From contig OZ220464.1 of assembly GCA_965115825.1 (NCBI GenBank), positions 2,709,945 through 2,773,944 on the forward strand: a stretch of 64,000 bases of DNA. The letters run 5' to 3'. This stretch comes from Dehalococcoidia bacterium (GTDB lineage Bacteria > Chloroflexota > Dehalococcoidia > Lucifugimonadales > UBA3495). The notes beneath the pieces are model-generated. The model was not told where the DNA came from. It worked only from the letters and a program-made list of their open reading frames with translations, and made no database searches. Of the stretch, positions 37,295-45,746 are shown one piece after another; positions within the stretch are counted from its first letter, which is position 1; each line of letters starts with the position of its first letter. The position numbers and the translations under genes were made by a program.

Positions 37295-38233
37295 TCAGTG
37301 GATGACCAGGACGGGCAGGTTGGAGTGGCGGATGACCCGGTCGGTTATGCTGCCCAGGGTCATACGGCGGAGGCCGCTGCGGCCATGGGTTGACATTACC
37401 ACCATAGAAAGCTGGGCGCTGGCGCGCTCGATGATGGTTTGCGCGATGTTGTCGTGGGCGATGTGTTCCGCAATCACGCCGTGGGCGTGGTCAATGGCCA
37501 TGCGGTTGCGCACGTCTTCCAAGTAGGCGCCGGCTTCCGACGTGTCCTCGGCAACCAAGGCGTTCGGCTCCAGCGGCTCAAAGTTGGGAATGCTGCCCAT
37601 CTCCGCGGTGACCGCGCTCAGTTCATGGCGATAATGCTCGGCGGTAGGCGTAACCCGCAGCACGGTGATGCTTGCCGAGAGAACCGCCGCCATGCTGACG
37701 GCATGAGGCAAGGCCAGCTCGGAGCGGGGGGAACCGTCCAGCGGAACCACCACCGACTTCAGCGATGTTTCCGGAGAGGCCGGGCCCATCACGTTGGCCC
37801 GGACGATGAGCATCGGGTTGGGTATCGTGTGGAGCACCTTGTCGGCGATGCTGCCCAGCGCCCAGCGGGATATGCCGCCCCGTCCGTGGGTGGAGATTAC
37901 CACCAGGGCGGAGGGGTCGCTGCCGGCCAGCGCGCTGACCACGTCGGCGGCGGGCCCGCGCTGGGCGGTGGCGCTCACGGTATGTCCGGCGGCCTGGAGC
38001 CGTTGCAGAACGGGTTGCAGGGAGGCTTCGGCCTGTTCCCATGCGATTTGATGCAGCTGCTCGGTGATTTCGTGCCGGTGATAAGCGGCCGGCAGGCCGG
38101 CCGGCATCAGAGGGTGGTAAGCCTGCACCAGTTCAATGGGGGCCGACAGGGACTTGGCAATCAGCTGAGCGTAGGGTAGAACCTGCTCGGAAAGTTCCGA
38201 CCCGTCAAGGGGAACGATTATTTTAGAGTACAT
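37295..38233 (-). CDS. tandem-domain universal stress protein (UspA family)
   Basis: Two Usp modules, each ending in a G-x2-G-x9-G(S/T)-like block (STHGRGGISRWALGSIADKV; STHGRSGLRRMTLGSITDRV). Confidence 0.9.
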   Translation of the reverse strand: MYSKIIVPLDGSELSEQVLPYAQLIAKSLSAPIELVQAYHPLMPAGLPAAYHRHEITEQLHQIAWEQAEASLQPVLQRLQAAGHTVSATAQRGPAADVVSALAGSDPSALVVISTHGRGGISRWALGSIADKVLHTIPNPMLIVRANVMGPASPETSLKSVVVPLDGSPRSELALPHAVSMAAVLSASITVLRVTPTAEHYRHELSAVTAEMGSIPNFEPLEPNALVAEDTSEAGAYLEDVRNRMAIDHAHGVIAEHIAHDNIAQTIIERASAQLSMVVMSTHGRSGLRRMTLGSITDRVIRHSNLPVLVIH

Positions 38234-38238
38234 AGCGC

Positions 38239-39150
38239 TTACTCTCCAACTTGCAACTGCACGGTGTCCGGGCTGACGCCGCAGTGGTTCAGTAGCTTTT
38301 TCGTGTTGTTCACAGCTGCTGTGACACTAATGTTGCCTTCTATTACAAACGGCGTTCCGGCAATGAAATGCTGCTGCTTGAACGGTTTGCCAGTAGGATG
38401 TATAGGCCTTATATGGACTATAAAGCGCTGGTTGCTTGACGCAATAGGCACCTTATCTTCTGTTAAGATCCCCTGTGTCGACAGCCATTCAACTGCGTAC
38501 TGAACCAATTGCTTCCAGCTCCGCATCTGACGCTCATTCCCGTCTCGAAATCGGATAGACTTGGGACTCGCATCGCGCGTCTTGGCGACAAGGGATGATA
38601 GCGACACCCAACCCGGTTGGGGGTACGGGGGATTTGGTATTCTGTCCACAATCGGCTTCTCCGTCTTTATCGGCCGGCCGGATGCCAAGTTGGGCCGCCA
38701 GAGCAGTAGCAGCTTCAATGCGCATTCGTAGGCCTGGGTGGTGGCGATGGATATATCTAGGATCCGCCGATCTTCCAACTGACCACGCTGGAACACTTCG
38801 TACAACTCCCAGTGGTCGCCATCGGTCAGTCCGGCGTATTCAACCCCTGATGCGTTGGAATAGTTGAGCATCTGCATCCGGTGGGATACCAGCGCTTCGC
38901 CCAACTTCTTGGCTTCAACAGTGGCGGCGGGCTTACCGTTAGGATGCAGTAAAGCGTAGTCGGCCCGATGGCCGCTCACGCTGTACTCCAGAGTTACCAG
39001 CGCCGGGTCTGATACTTCCCAGCCCAAGGCTGTGAGCAGTGGGTCAATGAGGGCCACACGGGTGCGCGTTTCATTCTCGCGCAGCGTGGGATTGTGATCG
39101 CGGATGCGTTTTTGCAGGGTTTCAATCAGGGTTACCAGGTCGTCCAGCAT
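38239..39150 (-). CDS. HsdR-N-terminal-like (PD-(D/E)xK) domain protein with an uncharacterised C-terminal domain
   Basis: NETRTRVALIDPLLTALGWEV...SGHRADYALLHPNGKPAATVEAKKLG resembles the type I restriction enzyme R-protein N-terminal fold (D...E-x-K). The stretch is AT-richer than its neighbours. Confidence 0.6.
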   Translation of the reverse strand: MLDDLVTLIETLQKRIRDHNPTLRENETRTRVALIDPLLTALGWEVSDPALVTLEYSVSGHRADYALLHPNGKPAATVEAKKLGEALVSHRMQMLNYSNASGVEYAGLTDGDHWELYEVFQRGQLEDRRILDISIATTQAYECALKLLLLWRPNLASGRPIKTEKPIVDRIPNPPYPQPGWVSLSSLVAKTRDASPKSIRFRDGNERQMRSWKQLVQYAVEWLSTQGILTEDKVPIASSNQRFIVHIRPIHPTGKPFKQQHFIAGTPFVIEGNISVTAAVNNTKKLLNHCGVSPDTVQLQVGE

Positions 39151-39227
39151 TGTATCGCCTCCGGTACGGTGGGCAGCTTATCACGGTTGTCTAACATTGC
39201 GGCGCCTCCGGTACGGTGGGCAGTTTA

Positions 39228-39680
39228 TCACGCTGCGCGCTCGGATGCGTTGGCAGTTGCGATATTCTGCTCTTGCCCGACGGCTTGTAGGGCTTCCAGG
39301 ACTCGGGCGATGGGCGTGCAGTAGTCCAAGCGGAGCAGCGGCGCCGCGTCCGGTTCGCTGATGCCCAGGCGGGTTGCCAGTTCCGGCAGGCTGATGCCTT
39401 GCTGTCGCATGGCGGTGTAGAGGTCGAGCTGGGCGGCGATGACGGGCTGGACGGTGAGCAACTCCTGCCCTTTTTGGTAAGGGCTGGGAGTGGGGAGTTC
39501 GCGCTCACGGTCAACATAGACGGACAGCGCGACTACCATACAATCCTCGGCGAGAATGATGGATTCCTTGAAGGTTTTGCCGCCGGTATGGGCGAATGGT
39601 ATGTCGGGGAAAGAGACTACAAACCCCCATCCCCCTTCTTCGTCGTCCGGTCTGATGTCGCACGGAAAGGTGTAGCGCAT
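39228..39680 (-). CDS. hicB: HicB-family antitoxin with a C-terminal HTH
   Basis: MRYTFPCDIRPDDEEGGWGFVVSFPDIPFAHTGGKTFKESIILAEDCMVVAL is the HicB N-domain. GISLPELATRLGISEPDAAPLL is the HTH. It lies 3 nt downstream of hicA. Confidence 0.85.
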   Translation of the reverse strand: MRYTFPCDIRPDDEEGGWGFVVSFPDIPFAHTGGKTFKESIILAEDCMVVALSVYVDRERELPTPSPYQKGQELLTVQPVIAAQLDLYTAMRQQGISLPELATRLGISEPDAAPLLRLDYCTPIARVLEALQAVGQEQNIATANASERAA

Positions 39681-39683
39681 GGT

Positions 39684-39890
39684 TTAGAACCTCCGTCGGT
39701 CGATGTTTAAATCTCTGAGCATATCCAGCAGCAGTCCTCTCCCAATTTCGCCGTGCTGCACGACAGTATCTCGGTCGCCAAGATAAAATGTCCCATGGCT
39801 ACCCTTCCCCCGCGCTGGGTCAAAGTGCCATTCCAGCCCGTTGCGGCGGGCATAGCGGCGGGCGCGCCTTACGAACTCTCTGCCGTTCAT
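39684..39890 (-). CDS. hicA: HicA-family mRNA interferase toxin
   Basis: 68 aa. MNGREFVRRARRYARRNGLEWHFDPARGKGSHGTFYLG is the typical HicA dsRBD-like pattern with a conserved GSH. Confidence 0.85.
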   Translation of the reverse strand: MNGREFVRRARRYARRNGLEWHFDPARGKGSHGTFYLGDRDTVVQHGEIGRGLLLDMLRDLNIDRRRF

Positions 39891-39898
39891 TTTTGACG

Positions 39899-40270
39899 GG
39901 TTTCAATCAGGCTTACTAAGTCGTCCGGCATTGCGGCACCTCCGGTACGGGGGGCAGTTTATCACGCTGCGCGCTCGGATGCGTTGGCGGTTGCGATATT
40001 CTGCTCTTGCCCGACGGCTTGTAGGGCTTACAGCACTCGGGCGATGGGCGTGCAGTAGTCCAAGCGGAGCAGTGGCGCAGCGTTCTGTTCGCTGATGCCC
40101 AGGCGGGTTGCCAGTTCCGGCAGGCTGATGCCTTGCTGTCGCATGGCGGCGTAGAGGTCGAGCTGGGCGGCGATGACGGGCTGGACGGTTAACAGCTCTT
40201 GCCCTTGTACCATTCAGCCCGTTGCGGCGGGCATAGCGGCGGTCGCGCCTTACGAACTCTCTGCTGTTGA
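39899..40270 (-). pseudogene. decayed duplicate of the block [5' end of 38239-39150 gene + spacer + hicB 3' part + hicA 5' part]
   Basis: 39899-40200 aligns nearly base-for-base with 39119-39460 (minus one copy of a 43-bp internal duplication). 40214-40270 aligns with the hicA 5' region 39832-39890, with the start codon lost. Only a 61-aa HicB C-terminal fragment ORF (40028-40213) remains. Confidence 0.8.
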
Positions 40271-40321
40271 TTGGGAGATTTCAGGATCCGCAAGGCGCGC
40301 GTGCGCAATGTTAATCCTCGG

Positions 40322-42226
40322 CTAATCCTCCAGGGTGGTGATGTCTCCCGGGTCAAGGCCAAGCTCCTGGGCTTTGAGGAGACGGCGCATTATTTTGCCG
40401 GAGCGGGTTTTGGGTAGGGTCGGCGTGAACTCGATTTCGGCGGGTACGGCGATGGGGCCGAGTTCCCTTCGCACGTGGAGTTGCAGGTCGTTTATCATGC
40501 GGTCGGAGCCTTCGCTGCCCATGCGCAGAGTTACGAAGCCTTTGATGACTTCGCCGCGCAGCTCGTCGGGTTTGCCGATGACGGCGGCCTCGGCGACGTC
40601 GGGATGGGACACCAGGGCGGATTCCACTTCGGCGGAGCCGATGCGGTGGCCGGCGACGTTCAGCACGTCGTCGGCGCGGCCGACCACCATATAGTAGCCG
40701 TCGGCGTCGCGGAGGGCCACATCGCCGGAGAAATATACGCCGGGGATCTGCTGCCAGGTGTCGGCGTAGCGGTCGGGGTCGCCCCATACCGTGCGGGAGA
40801 AGTGGGGGAAGGGGCGGCGGATGACGAGCATCCCGCCCTTGTCCGGTTCCTCAATAGGCTGGCCTTCACGGTCAACGATGTCCATTACCGCGCCGGGCAG
40901 AGGTTTGCCGACGCGCCCGGGGCGGGCGGTCATAGTGGCGGTGGTGCCGAGGCAGGGGCCGCCGGTTTCGGTCTGCCACCAGTTATCGACCATATGGGCC
41001 CACTGGCCGTTGCCGCAGATGTGCTCGTAGGCCCAGCGGAGGGCTTCGGGGTTCAGGGGTTCGCCGGCGCAGGTGAGGAAACGAAGGGAGCGCAGGTTGT
41101 AACGTTTGGCCGGCTCTGCTCCGTAGCGCATGAGCATTCGCACTGCGGTGGGGGCGGTGAAAATCACGTTGACGCCGTACTTTTCGATTATCTCGTAGAA
41201 GACGGCGTTGTGGGGGAAATCGGGAGCGCCTTCGCGGAACACGGTGGTGGCGCCCGCCACCAAGGGAGCATAGACGATGTAGCTGTGGCCGACGACCCAG
41301 CCGATGTCGGACATACACCAGAAAACGTCGTTGTCCTTCACGTCCCAGAAGTTCTTGAAGTGGTAGTGGGTGCCGACCATGTAGCCGCCGTGGACGTGGA
41401 CGACGCCCTTGGGTTTGCCGGTGGTGCCGCTGGTGTAGAGGATGTAGAGCGGGTCTTCGGCGTCCATGACTTCGGCAGGGCAGTCGATGGGGCTGTTGGC
41501 CAGGAGTTCGTTGAAGTCGGTTTCGTTGTCGCGCAGGGCTTCGCGGGGGAGTTCGCGCCGGAAGACGATTACGCTGGTCAGGCTGTGGCAGCCAGCGACG
41601 GCCTGGTCGGCGATGCTTTTGAGGTCGACGCGGCTGCCCCGGCGATAGCCGACGTCGCCGGTGATGAGGGCTTTGGCGTCGGCGTCCTGGATGCGGTCGC
41701 GGAGGGAACCGACGCTGAAGCCGGCATAGACTACGCTGTGGATGGCGCCGATGCGGGCGCAGGCGAGCATACTGATGGCGCCCTCGGGGGTCAGGGGCAT
41801 ATAGATGACGACGCGGTCGCCCTTGCCGATGCCGAGGGATTTCAGCCCGTTGGCCATGCGGTTAACCTGCTGGGCCAGGCGGGCGTAGGTATAGACCTGT
41901 TCCGTGCCGTCCTCGCCGAGCCAGATGAGGGCGGCTTTGTTGCGGCGCTCGGTGGACAGGTGCCGGTCGAGGGCGTTGTAGGCGATGTTGGTACGGCCGC
42001 CGACAAACCAGCGGAATTGAGGATAATCCCACTGGAAGACGGAATCCCACGGGCGGAACCAGTGGAGCTCCGCGGCGGCTTCGGCCCAGAAACCTTCGGG
42101 GTCGGCTACGGAGCGGGCATAGGCGGCGTCGTAGTCGGAGAGGGTGGCCTGGCCGGCGACGTGAGGGGGCGGCGGAATCTCGCCGACTTCCTGCAAAAGA
42201 TGGTCGATTTGTCCCTGCTGAACCAT
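40322..42226 (-). CDS. acs: acetyl-CoA synthetase (AMP-forming)
   Basis: YTSGTTGKPKGV, WWQTETGG, and C-terminal LPKTRSGKIMRRLL are canonical Acs/ANL blocks. The start is set at ATG 42226 (MVQQGQIDHLL...). The 68 upstream codons in the track ORF are rejected. Confidence 0.93.
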   Translation of the reverse strand: MVQQGQIDHLLQEVGEIPPPPHVAGQATLSDYDAAYARSVADPEGFWAEAAAELHWFRPWDSVFQWDYPQFRWFVGGRTNIAYNALDRHLSTERRNKAALIWLGEDGTEQVYTYARLAQQVNRMANGLKSLGIGKGDRVVIYMPLTPEGAISMLACARIGAIHSVVYAGFSVGSLRDRIQDADAKALITGDVGYRRGSRVDLKSIADQAVAGCHSLTSVIVFRRELPREALRDNETDFNELLANSPIDCPAEVMDAEDPLYILYTSGTTGKPKGVVHVHGGYMVGTHYHFKNFWDVKDNDVFWCMSDIGWVVGHSYIVYAPLVAGATTVFREGAPDFPHNAVFYEIIEKYGVNVIFTAPTAVRMLMRYGAEPAKRYNLRSLRFLTCAGEPLNPEALRWAYEHICGNGQWAHMVDNWWQTETGGPCLGTTATMTARPGRVGKPLPGAVMDIVDREGQPIEEPDKGGMLVIRRPFPHFSRTVWGDPDRYADTWQQIPGVYFSGDVALRDADGYYMVVGRADDVLNVAGHRIGSAEVESALVSHPDVAEAAVIGKPDELRGEVIKGFVTLRMGSEGSDRMINDLQLHVRRELGPIAVPAEIEFTPTLPKTRSGKIMRRLLKAQELGLDPGDITTLED

Positions 42227-42546
42227 GAAAGCGCACCTCAGAATCATAGAGTATTGAGCGCGCCCATTATACCGGGATTGTCGCAGCAGGGTTGGCGTCA
42301 GCCGTTTGCGCCGGGGCCTGGCGGTTGTTTTGGCGGATGAAGGGCAGCAATGAAGGAGCGGAGGCGGTGGAGATAGCGTTGCGGGAGGATGGGAATGTCC
42401 GGGGCTTGCGAAGATGGAGGGCCGTGGCAAGTGTCGGCGGCGCGGGTAGCGGCGGCGCTGCCGGCGAGGAGGTAGAACGTACCCAATGTGGGGAGTTCGT
42501 TTATACTGGCAAGCGATACACTGTTTGGTTGAAACGGAGGAAGATT

Positions 42547-43602
42547 ATGAAATTGTTGCCGGGAATCAAGATAACCGCCACTGCGGTGATAGGGCTAATC
42601 GCAGCGGCGGCGCTGGCCTGTGGCCCCGCGAGTCAACCGGCTGCTCCGACAGCGACGACGGCCCTTGCGATGGGGACTGACGACCCGACGGTTACGCTGG
42701 CGTCGCCGGTTGCGATGGGAACTGCCGACCCGACGGTTACGTTGACATCGCCGGTTGCGGACCCGACGGTTACGCTGGCGTCGCCGGTTGCGACGGCGGT
42801 TGCGGACCCGACGGTTACGCTGGCATCGCCGGTTGCGACGGCGATTGCTGAGGGGCCCACTCCGCCAGTCCATACTTGCGACGACCCGAACTACTACCCG
42901 GAGCACCGGGACCGGCCTGATCTGGTGGCGTTTTACGATGCCACGGGCGGGGAGAACTGGGTCAACAACGACAATTGGCTGAGTGATGAGCCATTGGGGG
43001 AATGGTATGGAGTCAGTATTAACCGAGATGATTGTGTCACCGGATTAGACCTCAGCGGGAACGGGTTGACGGGTGAGATACCGGCGGAGCTGGGGGACAT
43101 CTCCTACCTGGAATTGTTGCGGCTCGACGGCAACGAGTTGGTGGGAGCGATACCGGCGGAGCTGGGCAATCTCGATAACTTGGGGCGGTTGTATCTTTAT
43201 GATAACCGGCTGACGGGTAAGATACCGGCGGAGCTGGGAAAGCTCCGCCACATGATGTGGTTAGACTTCAGCGGGAACGGGTTGACGGGGGAGATACCGC
43301 CGGAGCTGGGGAATCTCGGCAACGTGGAACAGTTGAATATCCGCGATTTGGCATTGCTAAACCTCAGCGATAATGAGTTAACGGGGGAGATACCGGCGGA
43401 GCTGGAGAAACTCGGCAACCTGGAAGCGCTGCTCCTCAACGGTAACGGGTTAACGGGAGAGATACCGTCAGGGTTGGGGAATCTCGGCAACTTGAAAGAG
43501 TTGAAGCTCCGCGACAACCAATTGACCGGGTGCGTGCCGGCGGCCTTGCGCGATGTCGAAAAGAACGACTGGGACGACGTGGGGTTGTCGTTCTGTAACT
43601 AA
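42547..43602 (+). CDS. lipoprotein with plant-specific-type leucine-rich repeats and a 12-aa repeat linker
   Basis: Lipobox LIAAAALACG. An ADPTVTLASPVA-type repeat linker follows, then an LRRNT-like cap (LVAFYDATGGENWVNNDNWLSDEPLGEWYGVSINRDDCVTGLDL). About 7 x 24-aa LRRs follow (L.L..N.LTGEIPAELGNL). GGAGGA precedes the ATG at 42547. Confidence 0.85.
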   Translation: MKLLPGIKITATAVIGLIAAAALACGPASQPAAPTATTALAMGTDDPTVTLASPVAMGTADPTVTLTSPVADPTVTLASPVATAVADPTVTLASPVATAIAEGPTPPVHTCDDPNYYPEHRDRPDLVAFYDATGGENWVNNDNWLSDEPLGEWYGVSINRDDCVTGLDLSGNGLTGEIPAELGDISYLELLRLDGNELVGAIPAELGNLDNLGRLYLYDNRLTGKIPAELGKLRHMMWLDFSGNGLTGEIPPELGNLGNVEQLNIRDLALLNLSDNELTGEIPAELEKLGNLEALLLNGNGLTGEIPSGLGNLGNLKELKLRDNQLTGCVPAALRDVEKNDWDDVGLSFCN

Positions 43603-43766
43603 GGCGTCAGCTGCCGAGGGTGGTTGAGCCGCATTTAGCGGCGGCTGTTGATGGGACGCTGCCAACAAGCGCCGCGCTTACCTTGACAGTTTCGCCGCTT
43701 ATTGGCTAGGATAGGGATGTGCAAAGGGCTGCCAGCGGTACGGTCGGCTCCCGCCACACATCGCGT

Positions 43767-43842
43767 GGGGATATAGCTCAACTGGGAGAGCGCGGCGTTC
43801 GCAATGCCGAGGTTGCGGGTTCGAGCCCCGCTATCTCCACCA
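43767..43842 (+). tRNA. tRNA-Ala (anticodon CGC), CCA encoded
   Basis: Manual cloverleaf of GGGGATATAGCTCAACTGGGAGAGCGCGGCGTTCGCAATGCCGAGGTTGCGGGTTCGAGCCCCGCTATCTCCACCA. The G3:U70 identity pair is present and the anticodon loop is TT-CGC-AA. Confidence 0.92.
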
Positions 43843-43857
43843 CATGATTTTGCGCCT

Positions 43858-43933
43858 GCCCCTGTAGCTCAGAGGATAGAGCGGCGGCGTCCTAAGTCGC
43901 GCGTCGGGGGTTCGAGTCCCTCCAGGGGTACCA
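43858..43933 (+). tRNA. tRNA-Arg (anticodon CCT), CCA encoded
   Basis: Manual cloverleaf of GCCCCTGTAGCTCAGAGGATAGAGCGGCGGCGTCCTAAGTCGCGCGTCGGGGGTTCGAGTCCCTCCAGGGGTACCA. The anticodon loop is GT-CCT-AA, and G at position 32 is unusual. Confidence 0.85.
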
Positions 43934-44023
43934 AATTACTGCTGATGCCCGTTGCAGATCCGCCGCCTAGCGGCAGTACAAGGGCAACCGGCGCGGCGCG
44001 GTTAGTTCCGTCTTGGTTCTGCT

Positions 44024-44920
44024 CTATCGATAGCGTGGCTGCATCGGTTGCGCGTCGCCCTCCGGCGGCACGTCCCACGGATTCTCGCCCGTCAGCCGCG
44101 CAATTTCCCAATAGATGCGATGCAGGTCGTCGGTAAGCCGGTTGGCCATTTCCACATAGTCGTGAATGGGAGTAAGCAGCGGCCCATAGCGGTTGCCCCC
44201 GGCAAAGTTGCTCAGTTGGCGCAGGTCGCTGGCTGGCTGCCATTGCAGTCCGGCGTCGTTGGAGCGTATCTGCGCCAGCAGTTGGTCAAGTTCGTGAACG
44301 TGACGGTATTCGCGCCCTTGCGCCGAAATCAGCGCTTTCATCGCGTGTTCCAGCGCCTGATGCGCGTTGTAGGCGGTAACCATGTTGGTGACGCCTGCGT
44401 CCATCATAGTGTGCATTGCCCAATAGTACGTATTTGCGTGGACAATGCGCAGCGTGCGCTCTTCCCGCTCGTCGCTGGAATCCGCTTCGTAGTTCATCCC
44501 GTCGTCTCTGATGAAGCCGTCCGAGTTCCGGGACACTGCGATGCCGTCCCTTCTGGCGAAGCGGGCGACGTGGTTCAAGGTGTGCCGGCTTTTTCGCTCG
44601 TACTCGGCCAGCGCCAGATAAACGAAGTCGATGCTAACGGGCTCCTGATACGCCAGCCGCGCCAGTTCGCCGGCAGTCCGCTCAATATCCGCCGCGCGAC
44701 GCTTCAGTGCGCAAAGCTCCGGCTCAATGACCATCAAGTCTATGTCCGAGGAGTCCGTCCAGTCGCCCCGCGCGCGAGACCCGAACAGAATGACGCGCTC
44801 AACGTCGAAGGCGTTCCGTAGGGCCCGGGCCACCTGCAAGGCCCTGGCGTCCGCCACGCCGGCGCCGCTGCCGCCATGGGATGCCGTCCCTTGCTCGGTG
44901 TCCGCGATTTGCGTAGTCAT
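44024..44920 (-). CDS. fused minimal nucleotidyltransferase (MNT) - HEPN domain protein
   Basis: N-terminal VILFGSRARGDWTDSSDIDLMVI is the GS-x9-DxD polymerase-beta-type NTase motif. The C-terminal helical domain has AHQALEHAMKALISAQGREYRHVHELDQL, a candidate HEPN R-x4-6-H. Confidence 0.75.
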   Translation of the reverse strand: MTTQIADTEQGTASHGGSGAGVADARALQVARALRNAFDVERVILFGSRARGDWTDSSDIDLMVIEPELCALKRRAADIERTAGELARLAYQEPVSIDFVYLALAEYERKSRHTLNHVARFARRDGIAVSRNSDGFIRDDGMNYEADSSDEREERTLRIVHANTYYWAMHTMMDAGVTNMVTAYNAHQALEHAMKALISAQGREYRHVHELDQLLAQIRSNDAGLQWQPASDLRQLSNFAGGNRYGPLLTPIHDYVEMANRLTDDLHRIYWEIARLTGENPWDVPPEGDAQPMQPRYR

Positions 44921-44947
44921 GCGACTATCCTACCAGCTTGGGCTGTG

Positions 44948-45745
44948 CTACTGGCCGGTAAAGTTCGGCGCGCGCCGCTCTCGAAATGAGGCTGCCGCCT
45001 CCGCCACGTCGTGGGGCGCCCGGCGGGCGAATACGATGCTGTGAGTTTCGTACCGCAGCTGCTCTTCCAGGTCGGCGTCCAGGCTCCGTTGCAGCGCGCG
45101 CTTGGACATCTGCATGGCCACCGGGGGCCAGAAAGCAATCTGACGGGCCAGCTCTTTGGCCTCGGCCAGCAGATTTTCCGCTTCCGTCATACGGTCCAGC
45201 AGGCCCAGCCGCCATGCTTCATCCGCGTCCACGTTCCGGCTGGTGTACACCAAATCCATGGCCCGGCTGACCCCCACGATACGCGGCAGAAACCACGACA
45301 GCCCGGAGTCCGGGCTCAGGCTGCGCTCGATGAATACCGTTTTGAAGCGCGTATTTTCGCAGCCTACGCGCAAGTCGCAGGCCAGGGCTAAGCCCATGCC
45401 GGCGCCGGCGGCTACCCCGTTCACCGCGGCAATCGTCGGCTTGTCCAGCTCCTGATAGACCATTAACGCCTGCCGGCCTACCCAGTTGTATTCGTCCAGC
45501 CGCTGGCTCCGGGGCGGATGCTCCGGAGGGTTGCGGTCGGAGGTAAGGTCGGCCCCGGAGCAGAAGCCTCGCCCGGCGCCGGTGAAAATCACAACCCGGA
45601 CTCCGTCGTCATCCCGCAGCTCCCGGCAGGCGTCCATCATTTCCCAGTGCAGGGCGCGGTCAATCGCGTTGAGTTTTTGGGGCCGGTTCAGCGTAACGAC
45701 GGCGGTCTGCCCGTCCCGCTCCACCGTCAGGTTGTCGTAAGCCAT
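44948..45745 (-). CDS. enoyl-CoA hydratase/isomerase family protein
   Basis: VVIFTGAGRGFCSGADL and TIAAVNGVAAGAGMGLALACDLRV are crotonase-fold oxyanion-hole blocks. Confidence 0.92.
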   Translation of the reverse strand: MAYDNLTVERDGQTAVVTLNRPQKLNAIDRALHWEMMDACRELRDDDGVRVVIFTGAGRGFCSGADLTSDRNPPEHPPRSQRLDEYNWVGRQALMVYQELDKPTIAAVNGVAAGAGMGLALACDLRVGCENTRFKTVFIERSLSPDSGLSWFLPRIVGVSRAMDLVYTSRNVDADEAWRLGLLDRMTEAENLLAEAKELARQIAFWPPVAMQMSKRALQRSLDADLEEQLRYETHSIVFARRAPHDVAEAAASFRERRAPNFTGQ

Positions 45746-45746
45746 A

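Noticed and set aside
40475-42340. 621-aa plus-strand ORF
   Set aside because: It is antisense to acetyl-CoA synthetase. The G/A/V/D-rich composition is typical of the reverse frame of a GC-rich gene.
42292-42546. 85-codon upstream extension of the LRR lipoprotein ORF, and the 68-codon extension of acs (42227-42430)
   Set aside because: Both extensions overlap the divergent intergenic region and lack family similarity. Internal ATGs with good SDs give a canonical lipoprotein signal peptide and a canonical Acs N-terminus.
43934-44947. Idea that the MNT-HEPN gene sits on an integrated island bounded by a tRNA-Arg 3'-end direct repeat
   Set aside because: I found no second copy of the tRNA-Arg 3' segment (GGTTCGAGTCCCTCCAGGGGTACCA) or an integrase gene nearby, so an island cannot be supported from this window.
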